A DNA stretch of 36,508 nt from Candidatus Wildermuthbacteria bacterium GWA2_46_15 (GTDB lineage: Bacteria > Patescibacteriota > Minisyncoccia > Minisyncoccales > GWA2-46-15): the NCBI GenBank assembly GCA_001823105.1, contig MHTO01000004.1, positions 1 to 36,508 of the forward strand. Direction: 5' to 3'. The position numbers and the translations under genes are program-made. Position 1 is the first letter of the stretch. The number at the start of each line of letters is the position of its first letter. This document shows positions 1 to 8,071 of this stretch, one piece after another. The notes beneath the pieces are model-generated. The model did no database searches, was not told the DNA's origin, and saw only the letters and a program-made list of their open reading frames with translations.

Positions 1-1090
1 GAGAGTAAACTAATTTGGTTGAAGTCTCTTGTTGTTGCATATTGTTGCAGGGCGTAACCTGAGTAGCGCAGTCGCCCATAAGAGCAGGGACTTTGGATTA
101 GATGCAGCATGACTTCTCTTGAGAGCATCACGAACAATACTTCCCATGGATTCCATGGTGTTATTTGTAGAAGGGAGGCCAAGATCAGGATGTGTTTCAA
201 ATGCTCGATAATAGTCAATGCAGTAGAGGAACTCAAGGACAACAAGGCGCATTCTCCTTGTCCCACAAGAGGTCTCAGTTAGATGCCTCAACCGATCCAG
301 GACATCTTTGAGGGCAAGACCATCGGGCAGGATTAATGCTTTTCTTATCAATAAATATATTTCTTCCCGAACTTTCCCACCCTTGAGCTTACGGTGCAAT
401 CCCCTGCGATGAAATTGGAGCTTGTATATCATATGAAACTGACACAGCTGGAGCACCCAATTGCGCCGCCTTGCTATTAGTTGCATACCTCGAAGATTAT
501 CGGAGACGAGGCCGCAAATGCGCTGGTATGCATGAGTAGGAATCGCTGCAAATACTTGTTCCCAGCGTTTAGCGCCTTCCATGCCGGAGATTAACAATGG
601 GTCAAGAAAAACTGCTTCCTTTCTGTGACATGATTTGAGCGCAGTAAGGTATAAAACCCAGACTTTTCCTGAAAACTTAAAACGCATCCCGTCTGCCAGC
701 AAAATGAGAGGCCCCTGCGGGATTTGATGAACGGGCTTTTGTTTAACAAAGCGTTGGAGTGTTTGCCGGAATCGATATCTAAAAGCCGGGAGCGACAATG
801 TTGGGCGACGTTCAAGCAATTGGCAAAGGGTAAACCGGCGCAATAGCACCTTGTGTAGCACCTCTACGTGAATTCTAGTCTGAGGCCGACCACGCTTTTT
901 GACGCGAATTCGCCAGGTCTGGTGACACTGAGTGCACTGGCGGCGACGTTGACCAAATCTTCTAACGGTGGCACCACAACATGGAGATTTCGCATGTAGA
1001 GTAATCATACATGCGAATTATCCTATATAGAGAGGGGGTAGCTCGACGAAATATTAGTGGTTTGACAGGCAGCTTATCAACCGAATTTCT
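1..1090 (-). mobile_element. Partial insertion sequence (transposase gene plus inner flank). The other end runs off the left window edge.
   Basis: A transposase ORF fills 10-1008. The adjacent ORF6N gene loses its reading frame at about 1091, consistent with insertion. Terminal inverted repeats cannot be defined because only one end is in the window. Confidence 0.4.
10..1008 (-). CDS. DDE-type IS transposase with N-terminal zinc ribbon (IS1595/IS1-like; family uncertain)
   Basis: 332-aa ORF. The N-terminus has CC-x14-CxxC (SPCCGATVRRFGQRRRQCTQCH). Candidate catalytic acidic residues lie in LLADGMRF, GLVSDNLRG and TNNTMESMGSIVRD. The protein is very Arg/Lys-rich. Confidence 0.6.
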   Translation of the reverse strand: MITLHAKSPCCGATVRRFGQRRRQCTQCHQTWRIRVKKRGRPQTRIHVEVLHKVLLRRFTLCQLLERRPTLSLPAFRYRFRQTLQRFVKQKPVHQIPQGPLILLADGMRFKFSGKVWVLYLTALKSCHRKEAVFLDPLLISGMEGAKRWEQVFAAIPTHAYQRICGLVSDNLRGMQLIARRRNWVLQLCQFHMIYKLQFHRRGLHRKLKGGKVREEIYLLIRKALILPDGLALKDVLDRLRHLTETSCGTRRMRLVVLEFLYCIDYYRAFETHPDLGLPSTNNTMESMGSIVRDALKRSHAASNPKSLLLWATALLRLRPATICNNKRLQPN

Positions 1091-1318
1091 TTACCCAACC
1101 CCATTTTGCGACCTTAAAACATTTGTCCCCTCTTCCTTAGTCAATTGCAGCATGAAGTCCGGAGGGAATCTTTTTCGATTTCTTTTTACCTGTTCATTCA
1201 GGCGCTTAGCTTCAATGCCATAAAGCAGTGCCAAGTCACGATCCAGCATAACCTTGTGCCCACGGATTAACAATATCTTAGACTCCAGAACTTCATGCGG
1301 AATAATTTATTTAGACAT
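1091..1318 (-). pseudogene. ORF6N-domain (KilA-N-related DNA-binding) gene remnant with an early nonsense codon and a 3' truncation
   Basis: The translation IIPHEVLESKILLIRGHKVMLDRDLALLYGIEAKRLNEQVKRNRKRFPPDFMLQLTKEE is the classic ORF6N signature. A strong RBS (AAGGGGGGGA) precedes the ATG at 1318, but codon 4 is TAA (1307-1309). The frame is lost after LRSQ, next to the IS. Confidence 0.65.
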
Positions 1319-1652
1319 AATCCCCCCCTTGCCGCATAAATAGCATAGCAGACCAACCCGACAAGGGCGTGTCGAGGTGATTTAGGGATTTTGTGAATTA
1401 AAACGGCCGCCGACTTAGCCCCGGAAGATTCCTGTCGGGTCTTTGTCCACTTCCCGCAGGGAGGGCGGCAGTGCTTTGGCGGGTCTGGCCTCAGCGTAAA
1501 GAAACCAGCGGCCGTTCCCGGCCCGGCAGTAAAGCGTCCAAAGCCCGGCGGCCATTAAGATATCCGCGAGAGAATATAGAGAAGCCTTGGGCAATCGGAC
1601 ACACCCTTGTCCTACCCGGGGTGTAAGATATCTTTATAGAAACGGAGGCACC

Positions 1653-3236
1653 ATGAAAAACAAAAAGACATTCAGCAGCAACCAACAATATCTTTCGGCG
1701 TTCTTTACCTTGGTAGGGATGAAGAAGAGAGGCCCATGGGAAGAGCCCAGTGATCGCCCTGTCCCACCCAGACAAGGCCCCCTCAAACCTCTCGAACTGC
1801 CGGATAACCAGCTTCTTATAGAGGACTTTCAGTTAAAAGTTAAGCGCACGCTCAAGGCTGGCGTTGACCTGCCGCTTGAGCGGCTTGGCAAGAAGCACAA
1901 GCTTTCATTTCCGGAAAAGGCCGTACTGGCCTATTTCGCCGGCACTGAGCTTTACCGCGCTCATGTGGAACTTGGCGGCATGATAGCCACCTTTGAATGC
2001 AAAAGCGTCGCGCCCGCTTTTGAAACAGCACAATTAATATGCCCCGGCTCAACGCTTATAAAGAAAAAACTTGTAATGACCGGCCTGCGCGATTTTCCCG
2101 GCCGCTTCTGCCCCGACGAAGCTTCGCTCGCCGGGAAGATCTTCACCCTTATAACCGGCCTTGAACTTAAGAAGGAACCTAAACCCAAGCGCCAGGCGCC
2201 GGTACAAAGCGCCAGCGCCCCTGCGGTAATTTATGAAAAGCTGGGCGAATATGTGGTTGGGCAGGAGGACGCCAAAAGAGCCATCTCTGCGGGAGTTTAC
2301 CTTCACCTGAAACGCACCAAGCTAAACGCGCACCGGCCCAAGGGACAGAAGCTAGCGAAAAGCAATATCCTTATCATAGGCCCTACCGGGAGCGGCAAGA
2401 CCCATATCTGCCGCACCCTCGCGGACGCGCTTAACCTGCCTTTCCACATAGCCGACGCCACCCAGTACACCGAAACCGGCTTCGTAGGCCGCACAGTAGA
2501 GGAGATGCTGCTGGACCTGCACAAAGGGAAAGACCTTGCCCCGTCCGCGCACGGCATAATCTACATTGACGAGATAGATAAGATAGCGGCCCAAAATATC
2601 GGCAAAGGGCACTCCGGCAACCGCGACGTAAGCGGCAAAAGCGTGCAGGAGGAACTGCTGAAGATCCTGGAGGGCGGAGAAATTACCTGCGAAAGGCAGC
2701 GCGGTCACGAGATGCAGAAAACCATAGACGCCAGCAACGTCTTTTTTATGGCTGGCGGCGCCTTCCAGGGACTGGAGGAAATAATAGCCCAGCGCCTAAA
2801 GAAAAAAGCAATCGGCTTCCGCGGCACCTCCGGAGAAACCCCCATCGAAACCGGCGCTCTGCTGAAGCAGGTGCTGCCGGAAGATCTCATAGCCTACGGC
2901 TTCATGCCGGAATTTATCGGGCGCTTCCCGGTAATAGCGGTGCTTGACCGCCTTACGAAGGTAGACCTTGTAAACATAATAACCGGCACCAAAAACTCCA
3001 TCCTCAACCAATACCGCGCGGTGATAGAGGAAACCGGCATGCCGGTGGAGATTCCGGAGGATATGCCCGAGCGGGTGGCCGAGGCCGCCCTAAAGCGCGA
3101 CCTGGGCGCCCGGGCCATAAAGGGAATAATGGAGAAATGGCTAATGGAGGAAATCTTCCGGCGAACCGGGGCCAGCCCGGCGCATCTCCCCCCCGCGGAA
3201 GAGGCCAGGAAAAAACTTTCTTCCGCCGGGGGCTGA
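1653..3236 (+). CDS. ClpX-family AAA+ unfoldase paralogue with a non-canonical (non zinc-finger) N-terminal domain
   Basis: GGAGG lies 5 nt upstream of the ATG at 1653. Motifs seen: Walker A GPTGSGKT, GFVG pore loop, Walker B IIYIDEIDK, IGF loop (KKAIGFRG), GARAIKGIME sensor region. The N-terminal 200 aa or so lack the CxxC pairs of canonical ClpX. Confidence 0.8.
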   Translation: MKNKKTFSSNQQYLSAFFTLVGMKKRGPWEEPSDRPVPPRQGPLKPLELPDNQLLIEDFQLKVKRTLKAGVDLPLERLGKKHKLSFPEKAVLAYFAGTELYRAHVELGGMIATFECKSVAPAFETAQLICPGSTLIKKKLVMTGLRDFPGRFCPDEASLAGKIFTLITGLELKKEPKPKRQAPVQSASAPAVIYEKLGEYVVGQEDAKRAISAGVYLHLKRTKLNAHRPKGQKLAKSNILIIGPTGSGKTHICRTLADALNLPFHIADATQYTETGFVGRTVEEMLLDLHKGKDLAPSAHGIIYIDEIDKIAAQNIGKGHSGNRDVSGKSVQEELLKILEGGEITCERQRGHEMQKTIDASNVFFMAGGAFQGLEEIIAQRLKKKAIGFRGTSGETPIETGALLKQVLPEDLIAYGFMPEFIGRFPVIAVLDRLTKVDLVNIITGTKNSILNQYRAVIEETGMPVEIPEDMPERVAEAALKRDLGARAIKGIMEKWLMEEIFRRTGASPAHLPPAEEARKKLSSAGG

Positions 3237-3357
3237 GGTGTCGGACACTACAGTTCACATGCAAACCACTACAGGGGTCCCCGTACACGCGCGTATGGTA
3301 GCCTTAATTATAGATAACCGCGTTCGCTTACGCAAAGACCTTATGTCGGACAGGCTC

Positions 3358-3819
3358 CTAGAGTGAATAAGTCCGTCCAAAAGTGTATTCATCCGGGACA
3401 CTTATGTTATTAATATCCCTGTTATACTCTACTGGAACTATGTAAGGACCTTCTTCACTTGGATTCTGTACATCAACTAACAGGTTTTTCTCTTCAGAAA
3501 CCACAATATTGAACGCGTGATTATCAAATGAAGGGGGGCCTCCGTCAACATCTCCAACGACATAGAACGACTTCCTTTTAGACAATGGATGATTCTTTAT
3601 TCTTTTAAAATAATCCATTGCAATCTGAAACAATGCTGATTTCTCCACGCAATCCCCCTGGCCAGATTTTAAGGCCTCTGAAAAATAAATATAACTATTG
3701 GGATCCTGATAACAGTTCTCTCCAAATATCTGTCGCACCGATTTATAAATATCCTCCAAGGTCTCTGACTTCTTTAATGAAGTAAACTCTTGCGAATTCA
3801 AAACATTCTCTAAATCCAC
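3358..3819 (-). CDS. Transglutaminase-like / papain-fold cysteine protease domain protein
   Basis: 153-aa ORF with a GTG start. A Cys-His-Asp arrangement is typical of the transglutaminase core: GQGDCVEKSALF, DNHAFNIV, LLVDVQNP. Confidence 0.45.
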   Translation of the reverse strand: MDLENVLNSQEFTSLKKSETLEDIYKSVRQIFGENCYQDPNSYIYFSEALKSGQGDCVEKSALFQIAMDYFKRIKNHPLSKRKSFYVVGDVDGGPPSFDNHAFNIVVSEEKNLLVDVQNPSEEGPYIVPVEYNRDINNISVPDEYTFGRTYSL

Positions 3820-3941
3820 AATATACCCACCAACATGGTTTTTTTTAGTCTGATTCCTTCTTTTAATTCATTGAACGTCTGCGCATCATCTGCTTCCATG
3901 AGCTCTTCAAGAATGATTTCAAGTTCGTTTGGTTCGTACAT
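3810..3941 (-). CDS. 43-codon leader ORF overlapping the start of the transglutaminase-like gene. It may be the true N-terminus via a frameshift in an A8 run.
   Basis: ATG at 3941. Translation is MYEPNELEIILEELMEADDAQTFNELKEGIRLKKTMLVGILWI. It contains CTA AAA AAA ACC (A8 at 3839-3846). The -1 frame continues without a stop into the 153-aa ORF. Confidence 0.25.
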   Translation of the reverse strand: MYEPNELEIILEELMEADDAQTFNELKEGIRLKKTMLVGILWI

Positions 3942-4045
3942 TTTTGATATCCATTAAGGAGATTAACCTTTAGACTTCGCACCTACCGAGCCAGAGTTAC
4001 AGAGCAATATATACAGAAAAGCTTAATAGACCGTTCAACATCAAA

Positions 4046-5932
4046 CTAAACAACATCTTCATCTGCCTCATCAACCACTTCCAGTGATGCAGCTCCTTGG
4101 TCGCCCACTGTTTTCCAACGATTATTGATCCAGCGTACAAAGTCAGCTCTTCGCGCATCAAATTCCTTACGTGTCCAGTCTGCGAATTTGGAGATTTCAC
4201 GCTCCTGCCTTATGTCAGAGTTACTATAACTAGGGCTCTGTCCAGGCTTCCCTTTTTTACGAGAAAACTCAAAATTACTGTAGCTGGAGTTGTCATGTGT
4301 AAGGACAAGGTTCCCTATGTCATGTATGCAAGTAGTAAAATCGCTTGTAGTCCATACTTCTTTCCAAAGGGAATCCTCTTTCGGAGTCTGCGGGAGAATG
4401 TGCTCAAAAGTTGAGTCGCTCAAATCTTCCCATTTTAGGTGAGGTTGTATGTCTTTACCTTTTGTCGATAAGAGATAGAGTTCATATTCAAACAGGGTAT
4501 ACCTCAGCCGGTGGCGAGTTGCATACCAGTTATCCGGCTTTGCATTTCCACTGATGAACGACTCCTCTGTCGCGTAGGTGCGCGTCAGTTTATGTACATC
4601 ACCAGTCACGTCTTTTAACGTTCTGGCTTGAGTGAAGACTTCGTTACTCCACGGATAAAACTTTGACTTACCGACATCCCCCCTCCGCCCTTTGTAGAGA
4701 AAAACTCGATATGCAAAGCACTCCAGTGCCTTTAAGTGCGCAATGTAATCATTTTCAGAGATATTTCTATTCTCCCGATGTTTCCTGGCAGCCACCATTA
4801 ATGGCAGAAAATTGGCAATATTATTGGTGTGGCGGATTTTAGTAAGCCATAGCAACTCGTCCGCTGAAATTTTATTTTTTTCAGTTGGGTTAATGATGTT
4901 GGCATAATGTCTGGAGATATCTGCTAATCCATCGGCAAAATCAGTTATAAACTTCCGAGTTTCTGCCTGGGTTCGCTTCTCTGTAAAATTTCGCAAGGGA
5001 ATATATGCGTCACCCTTAAACCCGTCATACCCGATCCAGCTCTTCGGAGCGGAGTTGCAATACAGCGTCCACGCAATTCTCAAACACTGACCATCGTCTC
5101 CTGCACATTCACCAAGATTCGTGTAGACATCCTTCCAATTCTTATTTATGAGAGCAGTCATTGTACTTCGCTCCGAAAGGTTGGTCTCGTTACGGGAAAC
5201 CCAGTGCATAAGATAATTCTTAAGCAGTTCCAGCACAGACAGGCCCTTACCCCGCGAATTCATCAGTTCGAATGTCATGCCAATTTCACACTCATCATCA
5301 ATCTCATAAAACGTAAAATGGAGTTTTCGGGTAATAGCATCTAAAAGATCTTTGAGATAGGCAACTCCTTTGTTTTCAAGCTTTTGCATTGTTTCACGCT
5401 TTTGTAGTGTTTCAAGCTTTTCTAATTTATCGCTGATGTGTTGTTGGAACCTGTTGTACGCGGCGATTAGGCGCTTTTCATGTGGAGACCGCGCTGACGT
5501 GTTTGTCCTGCCGGTTTTCAGCAGATCATAAAAAATATTGCCGGTATCATTGTTCAGTGTAAGTTTGCAGATTGCTCCCGTGTAAAGGAAATCAGAAATA
5601 TCATGTTCATAGGCGGTTTCCCCTTTCCTTTGAAGAGCCCGGATGATTACTGATAGATAGAGGCATGAGGTTGTCAGTCGCTGCTGGCCATCCACCACAT
5701 CCACCACTTTCATTTGCCTTGTCCCATAGTCTGCAACCTTGGCATTACGTCCGGCGTAGACAACTACGGTGCCGGTGTAGTGGCTTGTTACCGTTACCTT
5801 ATCCTCCACTAGGGCATCAATGTCCTGAATAAAGTCTTTCCATTGCTTTTCTTCCCACGCATAACCACGTTGGTAGTCAGGAATCTGATAAAGATATTCG
5901 CTAAAAAGACTGGTTAGTGTTTTATTGTTCAT
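4046..5932 (-). CDS. GmrSD-family type IV (modification-dependent) restriction endonuclease, DUF262 + DUF1524 fusion
   Basis: The N-terminus has DYQRGYAW and DGQQRLTT (ParB-like DUF262 NTPase motifs). The C-terminus has FEHILPQ...IGNLVLTHDNSSYSN (His-Me/HNH-like DUF1524). Confidence 0.85.
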   Translation of the reverse strand: MNNKTLTSLFSEYLYQIPDYQRGYAWEEKQWKDFIQDIDALVEDKVTVTSHYTGTVVVYAGRNAKVADYGTRQMKVVDVVDGQQRLTTSCLYLSVIIRALQRKGETAYEHDISDFLYTGAICKLTLNNDTGNIFYDLLKTGRTNTSARSPHEKRLIAAYNRFQQHISDKLEKLETLQKRETMQKLENKGVAYLKDLLDAITRKLHFTFYEIDDECEIGMTFELMNSRGKGLSVLELLKNYLMHWVSRNETNLSERSTMTALINKNWKDVYTNLGECAGDDGQCLRIAWTLYCNSAPKSWIGYDGFKGDAYIPLRNFTEKRTQAETRKFITDFADGLADISRHYANIINPTEKNKISADELLWLTKIRHTNNIANFLPLMVAARKHRENRNISENDYIAHLKALECFAYRVFLYKGRRGDVGKSKFYPWSNEVFTQARTLKDVTGDVHKLTRTYATEESFISGNAKPDNWYATRHRLRYTLFEYELYLLSTKGKDIQPHLKWEDLSDSTFEHILPQTPKEDSLWKEVWTTSDFTTCIHDIGNLVLTHDNSSYSNFEFSRKKGKPGQSPSYSNSDIRQEREISKFADWTRKEFDARRADFVRWINNRWKTVGDQGAASLEVVDEADEDVV

Positions 5933-6345
5933 ATAACATTATTTCTTTCGTTAACAATTTTCATATTAACTCCTGCTTTAGTGCATTAGCCTTTATGTGG
6001 CTTTCATTATTGTCCAATATTGTAAAGACCTCGATACCAGGTTGCCTATTTTTCAAGCTGGGCAGTGCCTTGCGCCTCGGCTGCCTCAGACAGGTCAACT
6101 AAGGTGAAGACTGTAAAACTGAAACCGAGATTGACTCTCTTTGCGACTAAAATGGCCCACCCTACCAAATGAACCACTAGCAAGGCAAAAATGGCTTGCA
6201 ACTTTACAGCCCTGAGCCTGGCCTTAAATATTACTTATCTTCGTCAATATCCGGTTGATCTACTGGTTCATCCCCCTAGGGCATCTTCTTTTCCAAGTCC
6301 TTCCATGAGTTAATCACAATAGAATGAATCGGTTGCCCTATAGTT

Positions 6346-7332
6346 CTAAAGCCTTTTGACTGTAGCAATTAGATTTTTAAATCTTTTTATACTGTTTTCG
6401 AGTACAACAACACACGCCTCTGCTCCGCTTTTCTTATACCGCTCAGATGTTTGCTCCAGTTGCTGCAGAATGCTAAGCAAATTGGCTGCCAGGGTAATCC
6501 GATCCCCTGGATTCATTGTTAGAGTATAGTTCTGTATTTCTCTAACAACTACATTAATATTGCCGCATGCCGTACCAAACTCGGTTTCGGTGCCGTTGAA
6601 ATGGCTTAAGGCTATAATATCGCCATCCAACTGTTTGAGTTTGGATATAGCGCTGTCATTTGCGAACTTCTCTGTTCGTAAGGCGTCCTGTTGTTTCGCT
6701 TCACAAATACGCCTTTCTCTTTCTCGACTCTCTTGCCATTGTTTGGATATTTTTGCGATGACTTTCTTCAGATAGGCAAGCAACTCAGGGGTAAATATTA
6801 CTGCGACTATAACAGCTATTGGCGTGTAATAAACTAAATGCGGATTGCTGCGTGAAAACTCGTTTATGGCTAACTGCAGTAAGTATTTCAAATTATCCAG
6901 TCCTACAAACCACAATATCCCCCAAGTCCCAATTAGAAAACTAATCCCGTACCTAATTCGCGCGGAAAGACTTTTTGATGAATATTTAAGGACATTTAAG
7001 CCATAAATCATCGCAAATACTGCGAGGACAGTTCCGAATAAATTAAATCCGGAGACTGACGCAAAAATAGGATGCAAAAAAGTTTGTGCTTTTAATCCCA
7101 ATTCTCTTAGCCCAGGGAGGCCCCAAAATATCACCAGGCAAGAAACAAGTATAAAAATTCCGAATAAAATCTTCCCGCGGCGATTGACGGGCTCGTCAAA
7201 AAATGCGCTGAGGCATATTACAAATATAACGGATCCCACCTTAATTGTGTCGACCACGCCGTTGACAATAAACAATAATGGCCTAGCAATAATCCCAAAC
7301 AAATATGAAACAGCGCCAAGAAATGTCTGCAT
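6346..7332 (-). CDS. Polytopic membrane protein with cytoplasmic coiled-coil/alpha C-terminal domain, function unknown
   Basis: About six hydrophobic segments fall in the first 190 aa or so, followed by the charged stretch QWQESRERERRICEAKQQ and a soluble tail. The ATG at 7332 lies 4 nt after the upstream stop. The ORF track starts at a TTG at 7344. Confidence 0.55.
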   Translation of the reverse strand: MQTFLGAVSYLFGIIARPLLFIVNGVVDTIKVGSVIFVICLSAFFDEPVNRRGKILFGIFILVSCLVIFWGLPGLRELGLKAQTFLHPIFASVSGFNLFGTVLAVFAMIYGLNVLKYSSKSLSARIRYGISFLIGTWGILWFVGLDNLKYLLQLAINEFSRSNPHLVYYTPIAVIVAVIFTPELLAYLKKVIAKISKQWQESRERERRICEAKQQDALRTEKFANDSAISKLKQLDGDIIALSHFNGTETEFGTACGNINVVVREIQNYTLTMNPGDRITLAANLLSILQQLEQTSERYKKSGAEACVVVLENSIKRFKNLIATVKRL

Positions 7333-7336
7333 TTTA

Positions 7337-7864
7337 CTATTCAAGAAGATTCGTGGATTTCACCATCTCAAGCAGGCCTTGCAGTGCCTTTCGAGGATTA
7401 TCCTCCAAGCTCTTAATTATATTGTCGCTATCAGTCTTGGCTTTATCGCAGCGCATGTTTAGATCATTAATGTGAATCTCTAAATCCGCAATCCGCTGAC
7501 GATAAAACATGGTTTTACCGCTATCTGTTTTTTCACAGAATAGCTGCTCCTGGTACTTATTTTTCTCTTGATCCAAATTTGTAATTTGGGATTTATATAT
7601 TTCAAGCAACTCCTTTCTTCCCTCTATAAAAGAGTCTAACTGCCTATTAGTGAGTTTTTCAACAAGATCAAGGTAGCGCATACAAAAATCATAGCCCAAC
7701 TTTGTTTTGTAAGTTTTGTATTCCATTTCAAGTCGTTTTAGCGCCTTTTCTTTTTCAACCTCAAATAATTTTAGCGCTTTTTCTTTTTCAGCTGAGGCAT
7801 CTGCTTCTAAAACCTTTTGCGCGGCTATGATCACCGCGATAATTACTTTGTCTGAATATTTCAT
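7337..7864 (-). CDS. Coiled-coil protein with N-terminal hydrophobic anchor, function unknown
   Basis: 175 aa. It has an N-terminal VIIAVIIAA segment and heptad-rich Lys/Glu sequence. It is tightly coupled to the downstream membrane protein gene. Confidence 0.5.
   Translation of the reverse strand: MKYSDKVIIAVIIAAQKVLEADASAEKEKALKLFEVEKEKALKRLEMEYKTYKTKLGYDFCMRYLDLVEKLTNRQLDSFIEGRKELLEIYKSQITNLDQEKNKYQEQLFCEKTDSGKTMFYRQRIADLEIHINDLNMRCDKAKTDSDNIIKSLEDNPRKALQGLLEMVKSTNLLE
7736..7790 (-). repeat. In-frame 33-bp tandem duplication inside the coiled-coil gene
   Basis: TTTTAGCGCCTTTTCTTTTTCA (7736-7757) and TTTTAGCGCTTTTTCTTTTTCA (7769-7790) are 22-mers with one mismatch, offset by exactly 33 nt. 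They encode EKEKALKLFEV / EKEKALKRLEM. Confidence 0.8.
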
Positions 7865-8071
7865 AGTGTGCCTTCCTAGCTATACGAATAGTTTCTATCC
7901 TATCTCATAATACAAAAAAAGACCTTTTGGATTGAGTGATAACGGTCACCTATCTTTGGGAATTAAACATATCTTTCATTTCTTTCTCCCAGGCTTTGAA
8001 AGGGTCTGTTTTTCAAAATATTTTCGCCCTTCCTCAATCGTTCAACCTTATCTATTGTCTCTCACTGCCGC

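Noticed and set aside
1307-1309. The in-frame TAA in the ORF6N gene could be a sign of stop-codon reassignment.
   Set aside because: TAA clearly terminates other well-supported genes here (for example mcrB and the 1737-aa helicase). TGA and TAG also act as stops, so the standard code applies and the TAA is a nonsense mutation.
1592-1602. The exact 11-mer CAATCGGACAC lies upstream of the clpX-like gene and again, inverted, at 10213-10223 in the WYL divergent region. Related GTCGGACA(C/G) copies occur at 3240-3248 and 3345-3353.
   Set aside because: An 11-mer shared between a few kb of intergenic sequence on both strands is expected about once or twice by chance, and the 7-8-mers are expected several times per window. 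I noted it only as a possible shared operator.
1641-1651. The 11-mer AACGGAGGCAC lies in front of the clpX-like ATG and again (minus strand, 28072-28082) in front of the mcrB ATG.
   Set aside because: The 11-mer contains the Shine-Dalgarno core GGAGG. The match most simply reflects a shared ribosome-binding consensus, not a mobile or regulatory repeat.
1320-1652. A GC-rich noncoding stretch with several short inverted repeats (ACCCGACAAGG / CCTGTCGGGT, GGCCGCCG / CGGCGGCC, ACACCC / GGGTGT) lies upstream of the clpX-like gene. It could be a leader RNA or riboswitch.
   Set aside because: The stems are 5-10 bp in GC-rich DNA, where such pairs arise readily. I recognise no riboswitch consensus. 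It needs covariance evidence that I cannot obtain here.
1587-1652. Longer N-terminal extensions are offered by the ORF track for the clpX-like gene (1587). The same applies to the WYL gene (10221), the mini-DnaB-like gene (10201) and the SNF2-like gene (30495).
   Set aside because: In each case an internal ATG is preceded by a good Shine-Dalgarno site, or overlaps the upstream stop as ATGA. The extension also overlaps the neighbouring gene or promoter region.
1852-3288. A stack of 60-118-aa ORFs on the minus strand inside the clpX-like gene. Similar plus-strand ORFs overlap the 252-aa gene (7932-8839), the mini-DnaB-like genes (9603-10181) and the SNF2 gene (for example 18466-18969).
   Set aside because: These are shadow ORFs typical of GC-rich coding DNA. 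They have no RBS, show low-complexity Arg/Pro/Ala-rich translations, and each overlaps a motif-supported gene on the other strand.
6046-6201. A 51-codon minus-strand ORF encoding one hydrophobic helix (QAIFALLVVHLVGWAILVAKRV...) lies in the 413-nt gap upstream of GmrSD.
   Set aside because: It needs a TTG start with only a weak AGGG upstream, and it is below a size I can support without conservation data. It would be worth a look only if homologous regions conserve it.
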